This document shows positions 59,660 to 64,000 of a stretch of DNA of 64,000 bases, piece by piece (the stretch's first letter is position 1; each line of letters starts with the position of its first letter). This DNA comes from Nitrosopumilus sp. Lineage in GTDB: Archaea; Thermoproteota; Nitrososphaeria; Nitrososphaerales; Nitrosopumilaceae. The translations under genes were made by a program, and so were the position numbers. The notes beneath the pieces were generated by a model. That model searched no databases and was not told where the DNA came from. It saw only the letters and a program-made list of their open reading frames with translations. The stretch is taken from assembly GCA_965203315.1 (NCBI GenBank), contig CBDBCE010000005.1:1-64000 (forward strand). The letters are read 5' to 3'.

Positions 59660-61642
59660 GTGTACACGCCAAAGTCTATCCCCTTGATGTCGATGATAAT
59701 TATAGCCAGTATTGTAATCGTATCGGGATCAATTCCATATGCATCTGCCGCAGGCGAGATCTCGCAAGGTTTTGCAATAGGTGAGGCTCTACCTGAGTGG
59801 ATTGGCTGGGCAGTCGTTGTAGGTCTAGGCGCAGTATTTGCTGTTATCATATCGATTGAGGTCAAGATCGAAGAAAAGTATCTTGGAGTGAACCAGACCT
59901 CTGAGATGTTCAACACTGCAGGAAGAACGATAAAGACTGGTCTCACAGCTGCAGCAATAGTCTCTGCATGGACGTGGGCTGCTACTCTTTTGCAGTCGTC
60001 TACAGTAGCATATCAGTATGGGATCAGCGGTCCGTTTTGGTACGCTGCTGGTGCATCGATTCAAGTCTTGCTCTTTGGAATACTGGCGATCGAACTAAAA
60101 CGCAAAGCACCAAACGCACACACGTTCCTAGAAATCATCCGTGCGAGATTTGGTAGTGGCTCACACCGAGTATTTTTGGTCTTTGCTCTGATGACAAACA
60201 TGATCGTTACTGCCATGCTACTGCTAGGAGGATCAGCTGTCGTGAATGGACTCACGGGGATGGACATATCACTTGCTGCGTTCCTAATCCCTATTGGCGT
60301 CATGATTTATACTTTGGTTGGCGGACTCAAAGCTACGTTTGTTGCTGATTATATGCATACTATAATCATCTTTGTTGTAATACTCACATTTGTTGCAGCT
60401 GTATACTTGAACTCTGATATCACTGGTGGCGTTCAAGGCATGTATGAGAAACTTGTTGCAGCTGCAGATATCAGACCGGTAGAAGGCAATGCAGCTGGAG
60501 CGTTCCTTACCATGGCATCTATAGGTGGTCTGATGTTTGGTATAATCAATATAGTTGGAAACTTTGGTACGGTCTTTGTAGATCAGGCATATTGGCAGAG
60601 AGCGATTGCGGCTAAACCCTCTTCTACAGTAAAGGGCTTTCTGTTGGGCGGTGCTTGCTGGTTTGCCATCCCGTTTACACTTGCAACTACTATGGGGCTT
60701 ACTGCGGTGGCGCTTGATGTAGATCTCACTCCTGAACAAGTACAGCTCGGTCTAGTCGTTCCAGCAGCTGCAACTGCACTGATGGGTGAGGTTGGTGCAA
60801 TAATGGTACTGACGATGTTGTTCATGGCAGTGACGTCTGCTGGTTCAGCAGAACTGATCGCGGTATCGTCGCTGATTACATATGATATCTATCGTACATA
60901 CAAGAATCCAAACGCTACTGGAAAACAGCTTGTACGTATATCTCGTATAACTATTGTAGGCTTTGGTTTAGGAATGGGTGGTCTAGCCGTGATACTGTTG
61001 TACATGGGTCTCAGTCTGGGCTTTGTATACTTGGCAATGGGAATAATCATAGGAGCTGCTGTGATTCCAATCGCTCTGACTATACTGTGGCGGCGAACCA
61101 ACAGAGTTGCCGCAACTTTGGGTGCAATAATAGGTCTGGGCGTAGCGGTATCTACATGGCTTGCAGTAGCCGCATCTCTACCAGAGTATGGTGGTGAGAT
61201 CACACTTGCTAGTCTAGGACACAACTATTCCATGCTGTTTGGTAATATTGCAGGAATCTTGACTGGTGGTGCGATAGCTATCTTTGGTAGTCTTGCAACC
61301 AAGACGAACTTTGATTGGAACGATCTACGCAAAAAGATAACTCTTGTAGAGCTCAGCGAGGCAGAAGCAGCTCAGGTCACCGAGAACGAAGAGACACTAA
61401 AGAGAGCATTCAAGTTCAGCCTCAAAGGTGGCGGACTGATGACTCTGATATTGATAATCGCTTGGCCTATGCCATTGTTCGCATCTGGATACGTATTTGA
61501 CATAATGTCGTATAGTATCTGGGTCGGCATATCTGTGGTCTGGGTGAGTATTGCATCATTCTTTATCATATTCTTGCCGATAATCGAAGCAAGACATGGT
61601 ATAGCGCAAGTAATAAGTAATAAGAAAACAGAGGTAAACTGA
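59660..61642 (+). CDS. dur3: urea active transporter (DUR3-like, SSS family)
   Basis: SAWTWAATLLQS, GNFGTVFVDQAYWQ, many TM helices, next to urease. Confidence 0.92.
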   Translation: MYTPKSIPLMSMIIIASIVIVSGSIPYASAAGEISQGFAIGEALPEWIGWAVVVGLGAVFAVIISIEVKIEEKYLGVNQTSEMFNTAGRTIKTGLTAAAIVSAWTWAATLLQSSTVAYQYGISGPFWYAAGASIQVLLFGILAIELKRKAPNAHTFLEIIRARFGSGSHRVFLVFALMTNMIVTAMLLLGGSAVVNGLTGMDISLAAFLIPIGVMIYTLVGGLKATFVADYMHTIIIFVVILTFVAAVYLNSDITGGVQGMYEKLVAAADIRPVEGNAAGAFLTMASIGGLMFGIINIVGNFGTVFVDQAYWQRAIAAKPSSTVKGFLLGGACWFAIPFTLATTMGLTAVALDVDLTPEQVQLGLVVPAAATALMGEVGAIMVLTMLFMAVTSAGSAELIAVSSLITYDIYRTYKNPNATGKQLVRISRITIVGFGLGMGGLAVILLYMGLSLGFVYLAMGIIIGAAVIPIALTILWRRTNRVAATLGAIIGLGVAVSTWLAVAASLPEYGGEITLASLGHNYSMLFGNIAGILTGGAIAIFGSLATKTNFDWNDLRKKITLVELSEAEAAQVTENEETLKRAFKFSLKGGGLMTLILIIAWPMPLFASGYVFDIMSYSIWVGISVVWVSIASFFIIFLPIIEARHGIAQVISNKKTEVN

Positions 61643-62145
61643 TGACATCTTGTGCAGGTTGTAATGCGACACTTGGATGGAAAAAGTACAACTTTCAAAA
61701 GCAGTGGCGAATACCTGGATACTTTTGCCGAGACTGCATGACAAAGATCGGTGGCGACTTTGACGCACACGGTCATGTCACTATGCCCAAACGTCAATGT
61801 GACTCTTGCCATGTCGAACTATACTTTTTAGAGTCTGTCTGGCATGAAAAGAAGCAGAAACACTGCTGCAAGATATGTAAAGAGACTGGCTTTGTTGAAT
61901 CGAACTTTGGTGGTCTACCTCCTGTTCCGCCACGTGTTCCTGCAATGATGGCGATATTTGCTGGATTTGGTATACTCTTGATGATTGCAGGTTTTGCTTA
62001 TGTTTTATTGGTTGCACCACAACAAGATGCTGGAATACTGCATGTTGTGATCGGTAGTTGCATGTCTGGAGCTGGATTCATGCTTGCACGCAAGATGGTA
62101 AAGGTTAGGAATCTTGTTCTGGGAAGACACAAAATAGCCCAGTGA
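61642..62145 (+). CDS. Zn-finger + two-TM hypothetical protein
   Basis: Four CxxC pairs then two hydrophobic helices; coupled to transporter stop. Confidence 0.75.
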   Translation: MTSCAGCNATLGWKKYNFQKQWRIPGYFCRDCMTKIGGDFDAHGHVTMPKRQCDSCHVELYFLESVWHEKKQKHCCKICKETGFVESNFGGLPPVPPRVPAMMAIFAGFGILLMIAGFAYVLLVAPQQDAGILHVVIGSCMSGAGFMLARKMVKVRNLVLGRHKIAQ

Positions 62146-62150
62146 TACAA

Positions 62151-62237
62151 ATGAGGGATGATCCTAGATATCGCAAACTAATGTTTGCACTAGTTGGTGT
62201 ATGCGCTGCTATACTTGTTGTAGTTAATTTGACTTGA
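62151..62237 (+). CDS. 28-aa single-TM microprotein (not in ORF track)
   Basis: MRDDPRYRKLMFALVGVCAAILVVVNLT, 5 nt after previous stop. Confidence 0.5.
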   Translation: MRDDPRYRKLMFALVGVCAAILVVVNLT

Positions 62238-62513
62238 GTTCATGATGCGTGTAATGTGTCGTGTTGTAATGTAATGTAATGTAATGGTTCCTAGACATCT
62301 AAAGTTTCATGACTTGCGACAAAGCAGATATTCTTAACAGCTGACGCAATGTCAGCACATTGGATCAGTTCGATATACATACAAATTCGTAATGTAACAC
62401 ATGAGTGTAGGGTGAATTTGCTAATATCGTGCTCATCTTAAATCTCCGACAGATTGAACAAACTTTGTAAAGTTTATTGCTGTCTCCAACTAGTACAATC
62501 AAGAATAGCAAAA

Positions 62514-62661
62514 GGTTCTGTTGCGTCTTCGGGAGCCGAAGAAATTCTTTGTAAATTCCATATCTTTCTGGTCGATTTCATGTATTTTTAGGCGTTTTTG
62601 AGTCCAAATTTACAATATTTCTGTACTGTGTATTACGTGCTCCTAAAGATGCCATAGAACC
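62514..62661. mobile_element. MITE family E (148 bp, IS6-type TIR)
   Basis: TIR GGTTCTGTTGCGTCTTCGGGAGC / GCTCCTAAAGATGCCATAGAACC; perfect 8-bp TSD TAGCAAAA. Confidence 0.85.
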
Positions 62662-62707
62662 TAGCAAAATAAAGGTTAAATACTCTTTGTTCGTATTATG
62701 AACAGCA

Positions 62708-62887
62708 ATGTCCCAATATGATGAAGCTATGAAATATTATGACGGTTCACACAATCCGAGTTCTTATGATGAACATGATGTATATTATAAAGAATATAAA
62801 TCCAAACTTTTCTCAAATTTAACAAAATCAGATATAGAGAAAATCGATCTAATGATAAAAAAAATTGATGATGTGCTAGAAAGATGA
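62708..62887 (+). CDS. 59-aa hypothetical protein (not in ORF track)
   Basis: MSQYDEAMKYYDG...; ATGA overlap with next ORF; TTAAATA upstream. Confidence 0.5.
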   Translation: MSQYDEAMKYYDGSHNPSSYDEHDVYYKEYKSKLFSNLTKSDIEKIDLMIKKIDDVLER

Positions 62888-63594
62888 GTCTCAAAGATAA
62901 TGAACAAATCGTTGAATCTATAAACTATTTTAATTCACTACCTGACGAGAGAAAGGTAGCGATTGTACGTAATCCGAGTAGTTTAGAAGCAGGTGATGCA
63001 AAGCTAGGCACTCTTATCTTGGCTATACTTGAAGAGGTCTCAGATCATAACAAGGATGTTATATCGACAACGTTGCATGAGTTGGGGTTAGACAAAACAT
63101 TTGCGACTTTGCTTGTTGACAATTTGGCACAAGTACACACAATAAAATACTTGCTAGGTCGTATCTCTGAGATTAGTGATGATGACTTTAAAATAAAATT
63201 TTCTGCACTAGTTAATGATTTGGTAATTGAGCGCAAACCACAAAATGATGTGCTCAAAGAACATGAAATTACGGCTGACCAAAGAACATTATTTTATGAA
63301 TTTATTGTAGGTTCTATGAATAATCTGTCTGCTGGTCATATAACAGAAAAGAGACTAGTCGCTAAATGTAAAGAGTGTAACGTATCTGATTTCAAAACAA
63401 ATTTAATTATCGAAGAATTTAAAACACATCTTCCATACTGGAGAAGCGTTGAACTTTTTAGCATTGTACGTCGTTTGAATGCTAGAGTGTCGAGTATAGA
63501 AGGTCAGAATGAAGTGATCTTAAAAAGCCTCAAAGATCTGTTAACCATAGTAAAAAGCCAAACCGACACAGGCAGTTTATCTCATTTTCAATAA
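62884..63594 (+). CDS. hypothetical helical protein
   Basis: 236-aa low-GC ORF with C-terminal coiled-coil-like segment. Confidence 0.65.
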   Translation: MSLKDNEQIVESINYFNSLPDERKVAIVRNPSSLEAGDAKLGTLILAILEEVSDHNKDVISTTLHELGLDKTFATLLVDNLAQVHTIKYLLGRISEISDDDFKIKFSALVNDLVIERKPQNDVLKEHEITADQRTLFYEFIVGSMNNLSAGHITEKRLVAKCKECNVSDFKTNLIIEEFKTHLPYWRSVELFSIVRRLNARVSSIEGQNEVILKSLKDLLTIVKSQTDTGSLSHFQ

Positions 63595-63691
63595 ACTATT
63601 CGTTGTGTGGTAAAAGATTTGATCCCAAGATTGCATTGTTGTGTAATCGGCCTGTCTATCTTTATAATGTCTAATACATCACACAGATAGA

Positions 63692-64000
63692 ATGGAGTTT
63701 GTAACAAAGTTTGATGCAAAACAGATCGAATCTCAAGTAAAGGCCGCAATAAAACAAGATGACATCTTGGCCAAGATTCGTACATCCGATCGTGACAAGA
63801 TCTGGTTTATAGAAGGACCGCCCACTATGAACGGCACACCACACGCAGGTCATCTCCGTGGCAGAATAATCAAAGACTTGTGGTATAGATTCACCACGCT
63901 TCGTGGTTATATGATAGAGTTTACTGGTGGGTGGGATACACAAGGGCTTCCGGTAGAGCTGCAGGTAGAGAGGGAACTTGGTATATCTGGTGGCAAGTCT
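63692..64000 (+). CDS. ileS: isoleucyl-tRNA synthetase, N-terminal part (runs off window)
   Basis: [10 protein letters not shown]...[14 protein letters not shown] (HIGH) ...[10 protein letters not shown]. Confidence 0.92.
   Translation, partial: MEFVTKFDAKQIESQVKAAIKQDDILAKIRTSDRDKIWFIEGPPTMNGTPHAGHLRGRIIKDLWYRFTTLRGYMIEFTGGWDTQGLPVELQVERELGISGGKS

Overview
Archaeal chromosome segment from an ammonia-oxidising thaumarchaeote (Nitrosopumilaceae-like). The assignment rests on topoisomerase VI A/B, RIO1/Dim2, aIF-2beta, aIF-1A, rps8e-SRP19-Gar1-TFB, ScpA/B, an intron-containing tRNA-Tyr, a Nitrosopumilus-type S-layer gene, and a ureEF/ureABC/urea-transporter cluster. The conserved backbone is broken up by long decayed intergenic tracts, five full-length IS elements (IS110/IS1111, IS630, IS1595, IS6, ISH3/IS4-like) and at least six families of short non-autonomous MITEs. 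This pattern suggests a host-associated (e.g. sponge-symbiont) lineage, which is inference. Highlights: (1) an intact IS1111-type recombinase whose 3' non-coding end holds four short segments matching its own target and donor junctions in bridge-RNA order; (2) a protein with 15 HMGA-type AT-hooks, encoded by a perfect 48-bp tandem array and fused to a domain that has a hook-less paralog in the window; (3) the S-layer gene split by an IS1595 element (precise excision restores the frame), with a G11 tract in its promoter; (4) an IS6 master element with 7 cognate MITEs; (5) orphaned antitoxin-like genes. All product calls come from motif recognition by eye, and no database searches were run.
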